From NCBI RefSeq assembly GCF_009914755.1, contig NC_060930.1: 64,000 nt of DNA. One strand, 5' to 3'. The notes under the pieces are model-generated. The model did not search any database. It had not been told where the DNA came from and worked only from the letters and a program-made list of their open reading frames with translations. The position numbers and the translations under genes were made by a program. Source of the stretch: the human T2T-CHM13v2.0 reference genome, Homo sapiens. Below, piece after piece: positions 1-13,804 of this stretch (its first letter is position 1; each line of letters starts with the position of its first letter).

Positions 1-164
1 AAAAAAAAAAAAAGTAACCATGGTTGAAAACTGGGTGGTGCATAAGGAGGGCCACATCTCCTCTGGGGTCTTCTGAGGAGAGGGATAGTTTTGTAAAAGG
101 ACATGAGGCAGGCTTGGTCTTCAACACGCTTTCCTCTAAATCCATTAGAGAAACCACCTAGATT

Positions 165-659
<495 letters not shown>

Positions 660-1240
660 AAAATTACATATCTTCTCCAACAGAGTGTTTTCTAATTCCT
701 GGAAAGCTCTCTTTGAGAGCTTTTTTCTTTTCTTTTCTTTTTTTAATGGAGATCTTTCACTTGTATGAAAATGTAATTCATTCTTATATTTCCAGAAAAT
801 TAGATGGCAGTGTATTAGATCTAGATGGCAACGGGCTGAGCATTATGTGATATTGCAAGCTGGGCTATATATTTCACACAGAGAAAGAAGTTAAATAATA
901 TTGTATCTGGCTCCCTGTAAAATGTTGGAATCATCCTAGAATGTTTAATTGTAACGCTGGTTATTTTTCTGTATGTTGAATTGAACAATGATAAATACTG
1001 AGTTTCAACAGCAGTACTTATTATAACATACTAAAGCTAATGTTTGTGTTTTTATTAGGGAAGATAGGTATTTGGTTATGCTTCCATAAACAGTGAAGAA
1101 ATTTGTAGATACAAGTTCCTGGGCTTATGTTATAGATATACTTACACTGTATTCTAAGTGTTACTCTCGTTTTTCTTCATGGTTCCCGCTACATTCTTTT
1201 GCTTGGCCTGCTGCATTTTAGCAGTAAAAATGTCCTTTCA

Positions 1241-1762
<522 letters not shown>

Positions 1763-1869
1763 CTAATTTTGTAAATGTAGAGTTTACGTTTGAATATATG
1801 CCCAGTGGCTTAGGGGAGGGGAGATGATGATGAAGGTATCAGTAAGGTAGTATGAGTAAGTGACAAGTA

Positions 1870-2395
<526 letters not shown>

Positions 2396-2997
2396 AAAAC
2401 CAGACCTTTTTTCTTTTTTTTTGCCCTAGAGTTATCATGCACATAAATTGTGCATAAAAAGGTGTGCATCCAAATGCAAATTGGTCTCTAAGATTTATTT
2501 GAGCAAAGCAAACAGCTTTAGAAATTAGCATAGCTGAGGCTAACATAAGTTTGGCATGCCAAAAAACCTGCCCTGGAGTTTCCTGCTGAGCCAGCCACGT
2601 GGAATTCAAGCACACAGCTCCTATTTAACTCTAATTCCACATCAGATCAGGAAATAAATATGCGAAGGGACAGAGGCCAAAAATTGAGCCTTGAAAGTCT
2701 TAGATGTAGGAACTCTGAGGAATTAGAAGCCAGAGTAACTGAACACCAGTGGTTTTATTGGTTTTGTGCTGTCTTCCATGGAATTCCAGGGCGCTCATCT
2801 GTTGAAAATAAAATGTAGGGAAGGACATGTTTAATTTTCTATCTCCGCTCCCAACTTTGACTCTGTCCTACTCAAGGGTTCTATATGACAAGACAAAGAT
2901 ACAAAAAGATTCTCTACTTTTAAGGAGCTTATTCTCTTAGTTACCAAGCAGGAACTTACAGGGAAGTTGAATTTTGATTTAGTCATACTATCTAGGG

Positions 2998-3212
2998 CAG
3001 GGGTCTGCAAACCTTTTCTGTAAAGGGCCAGATAGTATTTTAGACTTTTTAGACCATACTGTCTCTATCACAACTACAGAGCTCTTCTGTTGTAGCAGAA
3101 AGACAGCCATAGATAATACATAAACAAATAGGTGTGGCTGTGTTCCAATAAAGTTTTATTTACAAAAAAAACAGTGGGCAGGGTGTGGCCCACGGACATA
3201 ATTTGCTGCTTG
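2998..3212 (+). mobile_element. MER58A (hAT-Charlie)
   Basis: caggggtctgcaaaccttttctgtaaagggccagatagta and ggctgtgttccaataaa match the MER58A consensus. Confidence 0.85.
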
Positions 3213-3899
3213 TGCTAAGGTAAGATTAGCCACAGTCTCATGATAACAGGAAGGTGACTAGAGTTTCAAAGAGTCAGGCTATGGACTTTGCCGAGGTGCA
3301 GTATGTATTTCAAGGAAGGAAGAACAGCAAGGGCAGGAAAATAGTGAGTTTTCAGGGTATTTGGTGAGCTTGACACAATATTTGTTGAATAAATGAATGA
3401 ATGACTGATATTCAAATCTTATTGCACATATATAAGCATTTCACTGAGAAAATGCTAGTGTTTTGTCTGGATTAGTCCCAACCTGTTTGACCTTGACTGC
3501 AGCTTCCTTGATAGTGAAACGAGGATTCCATCACTCTTAATTATCCATGGCTAAAGTCAACAAATTATCGAAAACTTCCATCTAGTGAATCATTTTAACT
3601 CTTCCATTGCTAAAACTTTTACCAGAGTTGTGATTCAAGGTAATTGGGTTGAGATATGCTACTGTCAATTTTCTAGCTGTATGTAGGTTAATGCTGCATT
3701 CCTGTGGGGAAACAAATAAAGGGTACAGTGGCTAGGAGCAAAAGGCCCCTTGATAATCAGCCCTTGAATAATTTAGAGTTGACTGTATCATGCAAGTGCA
3801 CCTCTCAAGATAGGGAAGATGAGGATCATGTGTATGCTTTGGATTCCTGTGTTAGTGTTCAAATTATTCCTATCCCATTGTAAACTGGCTATGTGAAAA

Positions 3900-4135
3900 T
3901 GCTAATAATAATAATACCTTTCATTAAAATTTTTAGAGTTTATGAAATTTATTCACATTGATTATTTTACTTAATATGGTCTTCATATAACTCTGGGAAA
4001 TAGCATATTAGATATTAAATTTAAAGAGCTGAAGTTCAAATAGGTTAAATGGCTTTTTCAAGGTCACATGGCTTCTAAGTACTTGAGCCAAGACTAGTAC
4101 TAAGGTCTTCTGACTCCTAATCCAAAATTCTTTTT
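3900..4135 (-). mobile_element. MIR (degenerate)
   Basis: aggttaaatggctttttcaaggtcacatggct and aggtcttctgactcc. Confidence 0.6.
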
Positions 4136-6789
4136 AATGTAAATTGCCTTTTAGCATATTCCTACAAAATTTCCCTAGATTGTATCAGAATAATAATGCC
4201 TGTTAATATACTACTTCCAGATACCCCAATGACAGGACATACACTCTCTTCCTGCTAAAAGTTACTTTTTCAAGTCCACATTTTTGGGGACACTCAATGA
4301 GTTCTTCCCTAACCCTGAGAATCTGTGGTTCTAAAAGCGTGGATGGCCCAGTAGGGGTAAAATCCTAGCTTTGTTTTACAGTTCTTGCCGTCATGAGGCG
4401 AGTTGCTTCTCTTTGAGGGTACCAGAGGGCTCCATCCAGTCAGGCACTGTTTCCCAAGCATGTGTTTCATGTGCTGGGGCAGGCTCACCACTGGATCCCA
4501 TCCATGTCTTGGCAGCCAGTGGGCCCAGTGGAATACTCGTGATTGGGAACACGGTGATACTGCATTGACTTGGATTTCCACTCTCCTTTCTCACAGCTGC
4601 ATACAGAATTGTGGGTGTAGCTTACTTCTGGGCCTGGAGAACTGCTCTTCTGGCCCTGCCCTCCCTTTTCTCTGGAGAAGGGGAGCTCCCGTGTCTTGGT
4701 GGTTACCACAGCATTGACCCTGCTCTGGCCACACATGTGTGCATTCATCTTCCAACTCTGTGCTGCCTTTCCCCCCACAGAGACAGCCTCTGGCCCTTGG
4801 TATGGTTTGTGACAGCACAGGCATTACTATGGTAACAGACGTGTTATAAATACAGGATAATAGCTTTGCTTTTGCTTTCCCCCTCCCCCGCCCCCATGCA
4901 GTGAAGGGAATCACCATGATCCTTAAATAATAATCACAGACTTTTTTGCAGACTCTAGGAAATGAACAGAATAAGGCTTTGCCATATAGGCAAGCCATGA
5001 AGAAAACTTATAAGAATATTAGAAAATAATAAAAGTATTGACCAACACTTTCTTTTTGTGCAAACATGTCTTTATTCTTTCAGTTTGAACAAATGTAAAA
5101 ACCTCCTTCTTTGCTAATTTAAAAAATCACATCATGAACATAATCTGAAGTGGCAAAAAATATGTCAGCAAGAATTTTGAAAGATAGGTTAATTAAACGG
5201 TAACTTTGCTGTAATTCATCTCATGTTAGAGATTTTAGCATGGGTTCAACCCTTTGAGACTTCATTCGAAGATGATCATGCCTTTAAAGGGCTTGGGCAT
5301 GGATTGTAAGAACTGTGCTGTAGTGAGTCTTCATTAAGATATTTGGCCTTCTCTGGTTTTAATTGAGCTTTAAATTTGGTTCCCTCCAAGTTTGATGATT
5401 GAGGTAAAGCACTCAGAAGGGATTTTGAATACATATCTTTGACAAAGGCCTTATAATGGTCTTCACTGCTTTACAAGTGTAATAGCCCTTGGCTGCATTG
5501 ACTGGCCATCAATTTTCTGCAGAGGTAGGGCAGGTTTGGGTCTCCCCACCTTGTCAACTTCTGGTCAAAGTAGCCAGGGTAGACCCTGGCCCAGTTGAGA
5601 CTCAGACCAGGACTTTTTCCCCTCTAGTTTTGGGTTTGCTCCATGACAACATTTTGCTCCCAAAATTTTTTTTTTAAATTAATAAAACTATTAGTGTGAT
5701 TGTTTTTGTTCACAAGGAAAAGTGAAATGAAGCAACTTTTTCTAGTGAGAGCTTTCCTGCTGCAGAAAACCGTGTGTACCTAGAAAACCACATTTTAGAT
5801 CTGAGTCTTTTGACAGGTTTTCCCAGAGGCTTACAACTTGCCTATTCCAAGTCCAGAATCCCTGTAAATCTCTGAATACTTTAAAATGAAATGAAATGTG
5901 AAAAAAAGAGGGAATATACTTCTCTTTATGCATTTATGTGGCAGTCTTGAATAAAGTGTCTTTTACCTCAAATGATAAGTGCCCTTATTCTCCTTTCTTA
6001 CCATGTTTGCACATGTGAAGTAAAAGGAAGAGCCTGTCCATACGGCACAGACAGGTTTGTGTGGAGCAACATAAGATCGATCCCCTAAAACCAGCTTGAT
6101 TTCCTGTGTGCAGAAATGTCTTATCTTTCTTTGAAAACAATGACCATTTCCTGTCCTCCAGGATGGTTTGCTTTTCAGTTAGTTTTCCAAATTTGAGTTC
6201 CATTATAGTCAGGGAAATATGATATATATTTTCAGGCAAATCTTGAAATTCCTAAGGGGTTATAAGAACTGGACTCTAAGGAACCATTAGCTTAACGGAG
6301 AATATGGAAACAGTCACGTGATCTGCTAACCTCTATGTATATAGCTGAGTAACCCACAGTTAATAAGCATGTTACTTTTTGGCTCTTATAATTCTGACAT
6401 GGAGTTGTACTTGCAGGGAAATGGGAATGAGAATGTGGTTTGCATTATGGTCATTATTTATTTTATCTGTTATTCAATATTCTTGGGGCTTGCATATGAT
6501 GATGTGTTCCAAATAGCCATTGAGAAAACAGGATTTAATCAAAATTGCTTTGGACTTTATTTATTTGTCCAACTTTTAAAATATGATTATTAAATAAAAT
6601 TACCTAGAGTTAATGGGATTTGGATGACTTACTATTTATGTACCAGATGCAATTCTCAAAAAAAAAAAAAAAGAAAGAAAAAGAGGTTCACTGAACCCTC
6701 AGTTTTCCCAATCACTTAGGATAAGGACAGGAGGAATTAACGATGAATGGCAGAAATGTGAGTACTTAATAATGTAATGATATAATCTC

Positions 6790-7010
6790 ATCATAGCTAA
6801 TAGTTTTTGAGCATGTATTATGCTAGTAGATTTATATCATTTAATTTTCACAACTCTTTGTGGATGCTATTATTAACCTTGTTTTACAGATGAGAAAACT
6901 GAGGCCCAGAAAAGTTGAGCAACTTGCCTGAGGTTACACAGATACTGAGTGGCAGAGCTGATATTTGAACCTATACATTATGTCTCCTTAGCCTATATCC
7001 TTAACCACTG
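6790..7010 (-). mobile_element. MIR
   Basis: Reverse MIR core ttttacagatgagaaaactgaggcccagaaaagttgagcaacttgcctgaggttacacag. Confidence 0.8.
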
Positions 7011-7524
7011 GATTATCCAAAACACTATGGCAGTATTTCAGTCAGTTAAGTATTTACTGAATGTTCCTTACATTGTGCTAGACAATACAGATGTATGTCA
7101 TCATCCTTGACTACCAAGAACTTAATAGTACTGTTGGCATATGATCAAAACATCATTCTAGTTTTACCTTGGAATGTATGATATAATTTTAGTTGCATAT
7201 GGAAGGTGCATGGTAGGACTACAAGGGCAATTAAAGTGGAGTAGCAAAAAGTCTATAGGCAGATAATCAAGAACTGTTATATTTATACAGTTGAGGGGAA
7301 ATGGCACCTGAAACTTAATATAGGCTAGAAGATAGCAATTGAAAACTCAAATTCAAAGTGATAAAAAAAGATCCAAAATGAAACCTGAAAATGTTAGATA
7401 CTATGATATGGGTCCTGCTTTATTGTTCTCTTTACAATTAAGGGTTCTTAAAAATGTGTAAGGCACATTTTAGTGTGTTCTATCATTTTTAATGCCAGAT
7501 GAAATGTATAATTTGAATGGTAGC

Positions 7525-7675
7525 ATGAGGTGGTGAAGACTGCCAGAGCAAGAACCAGGAGACCTGGGTTGCTAATGCCAGCTCTGCCATTTATTGGCCA
7601 TGTAATCTTGAATAAGGTAGTTTCTCTAAGCCTTAGTTTCCTTGTCTGCAAAATGATGTGGTTAGCTTACATGAT
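7525..7675 (+). mobile_element. MIR
   Basis: ggagacctgggtt, ctctaagccttagtttccttgtctgcaaaatg. Confidence 0.7.
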
Positions 7676-8364
7676 CTGTTATTTCCCTATATTTATAAAA
7701 TCCTTATTTTGTGACTTGTATGGTTAGTTGCTCTCCTGATTTTATGATTTGAGAGGGTATGTTTTAATGTGCTTTAACAGGTACTTGTTAATTGAACAGA
7801 TATAAAGCAAACTGCATATATGTATAGTTATAACAGCCAGAAGTCTGATGAAAGATTTATACTGCTTGGGACAAGTTTTAATGATTGTTAATTTTTACTT
7901 TGAACAAATAGTGAATGAAATAATAGATTTGACATTTTTTAAGATAACAAGTGCTAGGAAATATGAAATGTGAGTAAATAAAAAGGTTCATATGTTATTA
8001 GAACTAATCATTTTGATGTTATGCATAGTGATTACTAGAATAATTCCCAGAGTTTCTTTGACAGAGACGTCACATTAGTTTAACTTACCAAAACAGACAG
8101 AAGAAATAGAAAACTTGAGTAGTCCTATTAAGGAAATAAAATAATTGAATCTTTTCTACAAAGAATATTCCAGACCTAGATGGCTTCAATGGTAAATTCT
8201 GTGAAACATTTAAGAAAAACAAAAAACAAACAAAGAAAAGAAGTTGGAGAAGCTTTTTCAGAGAATAGAGAAGAAATAAATACGTAGACTTATTTTATGA
8301 TCTCAGCATAACATTGATCACATTACATGCCAAGGGCATTATAAGTAAGGGAAACAATAATTTA

Positions 8365-8788
<424 letters not shown>

Positions 8789-9111
8789 TCATGACTAATT
8801 TAGATTTTTTTCTAGGAATGCAAGGTTGGTTTAAATTTTAAAAATCAGTCAATATGATTAACAAAATAAAGTAAAACCTCTGTTAAAGTAAAACCATTAA
8901 CAGAATAAAGTAATAGCTGCAGCAACAATTTTGATAAAATTTAGCACTATAAATGATTAAAAAAAACTTTTGGCAAAGGAGGAATAGAATAGAACTTCCT
9001 TAATCTGTCCAAAGGTTATCAACAGAACACTCCACAGCCAATATTACGTAATAGTGAAGTATTGAAAACTTTCCTCTTGATATCAAGAATGAGATTAAGA
9101 TGATCATTATG

Positions 9112-9436
9112 GGCCAGGCACAATGGCTCATGCTTGTAATAGTAGTACTTTGGGAGTCCAAGGCAGGCAGATCACTTGACGACAGGAGTTCGAGACCAGC
9201 CCAGCCTTCACGGCAAAACCTAGTCTGTACTAAAAATACAAAAATTAGTAGGGTGTGGTGATGCGCTCCTATAATCCCAACTACTCGGGAGGTTGAGGTG
9301 GGAGAATTGTTGGAACCCAGGAGGCAGAAGTTGCAGTGAATGGAGGTTGTGATGAGCTGGGATTGCACCATTGTACTCCAGCCTGAGCAGCAGAGCAAGA
9401 CTCTGTCTCAAAAAAAAAAAAAGAAAAGAAAAGAAA
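9112..9436 (+). mobile_element. Alu (J/old S) with an internal duplication of about 16 bp
   Basis: Full Alu with A tail; the gaggttgcagtga-like unit appears twice at 9325-9355. Confidence 0.9.
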
Positions 9437-10161
9437 GATCAGTATCACCCACTTCTGTACCGGAAATTAACAGACAATTATTTAATAAGGAAATAAAAAG
9501 GAGTAAGAAACTCAAGATTTGTAAGACAGAAATGCTATTTTATATAGACCTCCCTACAGTCAATCTACAGGTTAACTATTATAATTTATGACTCAATTTA
9601 TCAAAGTCTCTAAACACAGTCAATATCTGCAAATCAATGATATCTCTGTATTCCAGCCATAAAAATTTCAAAAGTGAATCTTAAAAATATAATTTAAAGT
9701 AGTATCAGACCCATCAAATACCCAGGAAAATAATCTCACAAAATATGTGTAAGATTGTTACACAGAGAATCATAAACATTGCTGAGAGAAATTAAAGAAG
9801 ACCTAAATCAATAGAGGGACATACCATGTTTATAGATTAGAGACTAAATATTGTAAAGAGGAAGATTCCTCCTAAATTGATCTATATATTTAAATCTAAT
9901 TCTGATAAAAATCCTGCATAAAATTTTGTGGAAATTAAAAAGTTGTTTTTTAAAATGTATATGGAGATGCAAAGGAGCAAGAATAGTTCAAACAATCTTG
10001 AAGAAAAAAATAAAATTGGGAGACTTACACTCTCAGATATCAAGATTTATTGTAAGGACAGAATAATTATGATAGTAGGCAAGGATGCAAGGATGTAGGT
10101 ATAAACAATTATAACAGAGTCCAGAAACAAATCTAAATTGATACTTGACTCATGATAAATA

Positions 10162-10541
10162 TATTAGTCAGCTCAGGCTGACATAAAATACCATAGACTG
10201 GGTAGCTTAAACAACCAAAATTTATTTTCTCACAGTTCTGAAGACTGGAAATCAAGATCAGAGTGCCAGCAGGGTCAATGTCTGGTGAAGTCTCTCTCCT
10301 TGGAGTGTAGATCACTGCCTTTTTACTATGTCCTCATGTGGTGAAGGGAGAGAGAGAGAGAGCAGGCTCTCTGCTGTCTCTTCTCATAAGGGCACTAATC
10401 CCACTGGACAAAGGCCCCATCCTCATGATCTCATTTAACACTAATTATCTTCCAAAGGCCTCATCTCCAATTGCCATAATATTGGGGGTTAGAGCTTCAA
10501 CATATGAATTTGGGGGACACACAAACATTCAGTCTATAACA
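10162..10541 (-). mobile_element. MLT1A-type MaLR solo LTR
   Basis: Runs from tattagtcagctcaggctgacataaaataccatagactgggtagcttaaacaac to gggggacacacaaacattcagtctataaca. Confidence 0.85.
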
Positions 10542-10835
10542 ACAAAGATGACACGGTAGAGCAGTGGAGAAAGGATGGTCTTTTCAATAAATATGTTTAT
10601 GGAAAAAATGTATGTTGATTCTCTACTTCACATCATTCATAACAAATTGTAGATGGATTGTTGATCTAAATGTGATAGGTAAAACAATAGAGCTTCTAGA
10701 GAATGCCTAGGGGAATTTATGATCTTGAATACACCAATATTTCTTAAACTACATACATAAAGTACTAACCATAATGGAAAAAGTTAATTACATATAATAC
10801 AATTAAGAATGTTTGCTGATTTTAAAAAATCTTTC

Positions 10836-10967
10836 AGGTTGCTTGGTGGATACAATATGTGTTGTTCCAGTGATGGATACACTGAAGGCCTTGAATTCGC
10901 CATAGTGCAATATATCAATATAGTTAAATTATACTCATATCCCATGAATTTATACAAATAAAAAAAG
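10836..10967 (+). mobile_element. Short L1 (L1MA/PB-type) 3'-end fragment with A tail
   Basis: gtgatggatacactgaaggcc...tatcccatgaatttatacaaataaaaaaa, flanked by a 12-bp TSD aaaaaatctttc (10824-10835, 10968-10979). Confidence 0.7.
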
Positions 10968-11435
10968 AAAAAATCTTTCCAAAGAATGAAAAAGCAAATC
11001 ACTGAGTACCAGATGAAGTTTGTAATGCATTTCCCTGTAAAAGACTTATATTGACAATGTATAAAGAATCTCTGTAAATAAAAATAAAACAGCTCAATAG
11101 AAAAATAGGCAAAAAATGTAAACAGGCCCTTCATCAAAGAAAATATCCAAGTTATCAGTAAACATGAAAAGTTTTTCAATCTCATTACTCATTAGGGACA
11201 TCAGATTTAAAATCATAGTGAGAGACCGGTAAACACACATGAGAATGGCTAAAATGAAGAAGATTGACAATACCAAGTTTGAGGAGGATATGGAGCAACT
11301 GGGACTCTCATGCATAGCTGGTGAGAGTGTAAATACATATAACCACTATTGAAAGCTGATTGGCAATATCTATTAATGCTGAACATACACATATGCAATA
11401 ATTTATACAATTAAGTGTTCTTGAAAATGTATAAT

Positions 11436-12373
11436 GCAATAATTCTATCTTAGGTATGTGCTCAACACAAATGTGTATATATGTGAGCCAAAGGCACATA
11501 AAATAATCTTCATAGCAGCATTTATTCATAATAGCTAAAAACTGGGAACAACCCAAATGTTCACCAGCAATCATTAACATACACTTGGGATTCCTTAGAT
11601 GGGCTTAGGTGGTTAAGTGTAGGTCATGAAGTTGACTGTGGAACTGTGTGTATATCATATGTGCACAATTTAGGAAAGGCTGTTTTTTTTTTTTTTTTCT
11701 CAAAAAGATCCTTGTCTCAAAAAATGCTAAGAATTCCTGCCTGCATACGAGACCTAGATTTCCATAGTTTTTAAGAAAATTTTAAACTCCTCCTAATTTA
11801 AGCAACTAAGCCCTAGAATGTAATTTGACCTTTTTAATCCTATATTTAGTCTGTTCATAGCTTTCTCAAATCAAGTAGAATATTTAAGAATCTCATCATT
11901 CCTTATTATTAAGGAATTATTACCAAGTGAAATGCAAATGTATCATAGTGAAGCCTAAAAATTAAGTTATAGGCATAAGGCATAGATATACCCCTCTGTG
12001 GTCTACTTGAGAGCTGCATTTGATATGGTGTAAAGTGGAGAGAAATTAGGAGACACTGGGTGAGTGACAAAAGTAGAATATACAATATCTCTACCTCCCA
12101 GTGGTTCTTATCAGGGTGTGACTTGGCCCCCAGGGGACATTTGGTAATATCGGGAGACATTTTTGATTGTCACAGCTAGGAGAAGGGGTACTAATGGCAT
12201 CTAGTGGGTAGAGGCCAGGTATGGTGCTAAATGTCCTACAATGCACAGGACAGCCCAAACCAATTATCCAGCTGAAAATATTAACAATGCTGTGCTTTAG
12301 AAACCAGGCTCCACAGTGATGACAGGTCTGTGTATGGGACACCTCTTGTGCTCCTCTTCAAGTCCTCTTGGCC
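11436..12373. repeat. Inverted duplication, left (ancestral) arm, 938 bp
   Basis: Manual alignment to the reverse complement of 13805-14668 gives 864 aligned bp, 15 substitutions and one 74-bp indel (11653-11726, present only in this arm). The ORF track shows identical peptides on opposite strands (11909..12160- vs 14018..14269+; 12091..12342- vs 13836..14087+). Confidence 0.97.
12099..12308 (+). mobile_element. MER20 (hAT-Charlie), copy in the left arm
   Basis: cagtggttctt, ccccaggggacatttgg, ggcatctagtgggtagaggccagg and cctacaatgcacaggacagccc match the MER20 consensus. Confidence 0.9.
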
Positions 12374-12863
12374 CCACGTGTTAATCCCATGATTGCTGTA
12401 ACACTTTGACCAGCTTGGGCGTGTGCATTCTGAAAGTTACTTGCCTCGCACCTGTGGCATACGTCTCTCGCTTCCTGCTCTGGGACTTCTCTGACATAGC
12501 AGCATGGGCATCCTATGTGGATCCTTTTGGCATTCACTGAAACATTTGCAAACCAGCAGTGTAGGGGATTAAAGCATACTATAGCAACAGGACAGGAGAG
12601 TTGAATTTTTCCTTCTTTTGTCCCCTGGGTAGATAGTTATGAAATGTTTTAATACACTCCAAAGAATTACCTCTGCAATTGAACACCAGTCTCCCTTAGC
12701 AGTAGCCAACTAAATAGCACATCCTTCTGTTGGCTCTTTCTGCTCCCTAGGTTCATTTCTCTTGTCCCTCACTCCTACTTTCTGGGATCACATGCCCATT
12801 AAAGCACCTACATGCAAGTCTTTGACTCAGATTCTGTTTTCTGGGAAACTCAGGATGAAGTGC
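12317..12863 (+). mobile_element. LTR33-like ERVL solo LTR
   Basis: 5' ggacacctcttgtgctcc and 3' cctcactcctactttctgggatcac...actcagattctgttttctgggaaactcag resemble LTR33/LTR16-family ends. Confidence 0.75.
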
Positions 12864-13229
12864 CATGTGTACAGAAGTCCACAGTGAAAAACCAGAAATT
12901 AATGGAAGGGAATATAAAAAAGTTAGAATTTTATGAACATTTGTCTTTTTTCCCTTCAAAGTCCAGCATGAATATACAATGAAAGAGTAAAAAGGGCACC
13001 AGATTCTCAGTGGCACAATAACGGAGCACTCAGAAAGGGCCATTTCTAAAATTGTCCTGTCAGCCAAAGAATTTTCTAATCCTCCTATGGTAGGGGTAAG
13101 GAAAAACAGTGGTGGCTACACAGAAGGAGGAGAAACAAAGAAACTAAGTCAGGGGTTCGAGTAAAAGAGGAAAGTAAAAAGAATATCCTTTGCCTCAGCT
13201 CCTTTAAATGGATTGTGTTATTGTGAGAG

Positions 13230-13390
13230 CTTCAGAATGCTAGAATTTTACTTAGAGGAAACCTAGAATATCATCTAATTAAATTTTCTCTTTTACAGCA
13301 GAGGAAATGAGGTCTGGAGAGGTTAAATGATCTTCTCAAGGTCACTCAGTTGCCTTAATGGCAGAACCAGGACCAGAACTCACTTCTGAA
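13230..13390 (-). mobile_element. MIR
   Basis: ttttacagcagaggaaatgaggtctggagaggttaaatgatcttctcaaggtcac. Confidence 0.7.
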
Positions 13391-13804
13391 AGGGATGGGG
13401 ACACAATCTGATCATGGATTCTAGATCACATACTTCTGTGATTCCGGAGGCAGCCCAGAACTTCTCTTGACATTTTCTAAACTCTTTTTGGAGTTATGAC
13501 GTAGCTAGGATAATACTTTCAGGATACCTTGTCCCAGGTCAACAAGGAGCTAAGATGCTAACAGGAAATAAGAGGAAATGTCAGCTGTGCCTTTCCTTTC
13601 TTGTTAGAGGGTGGCCGTGTTTCTGGCATTTCTTGTTATTCTAGGGACAGTCCCAGTGCTGACTTCTTAAAGTTCCTGTTAAATGGAGAAGACTTAGTTG
13701 ATTAACTTGACCAAGGAGAGTGGTCATAATGATCCCAGTATGTTCTGGGGCTTTTCACTAGTGTTTCCCTCTAAGGCAACTTTGTTCTCAAAGGCAGTGC
13801 CCTT

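Noticed and set aside
6313-6322. GTCACGTGAT USF/TFEB-like E-box
   Set aside because: A single isolated motif with no promoter or CpG-island context.
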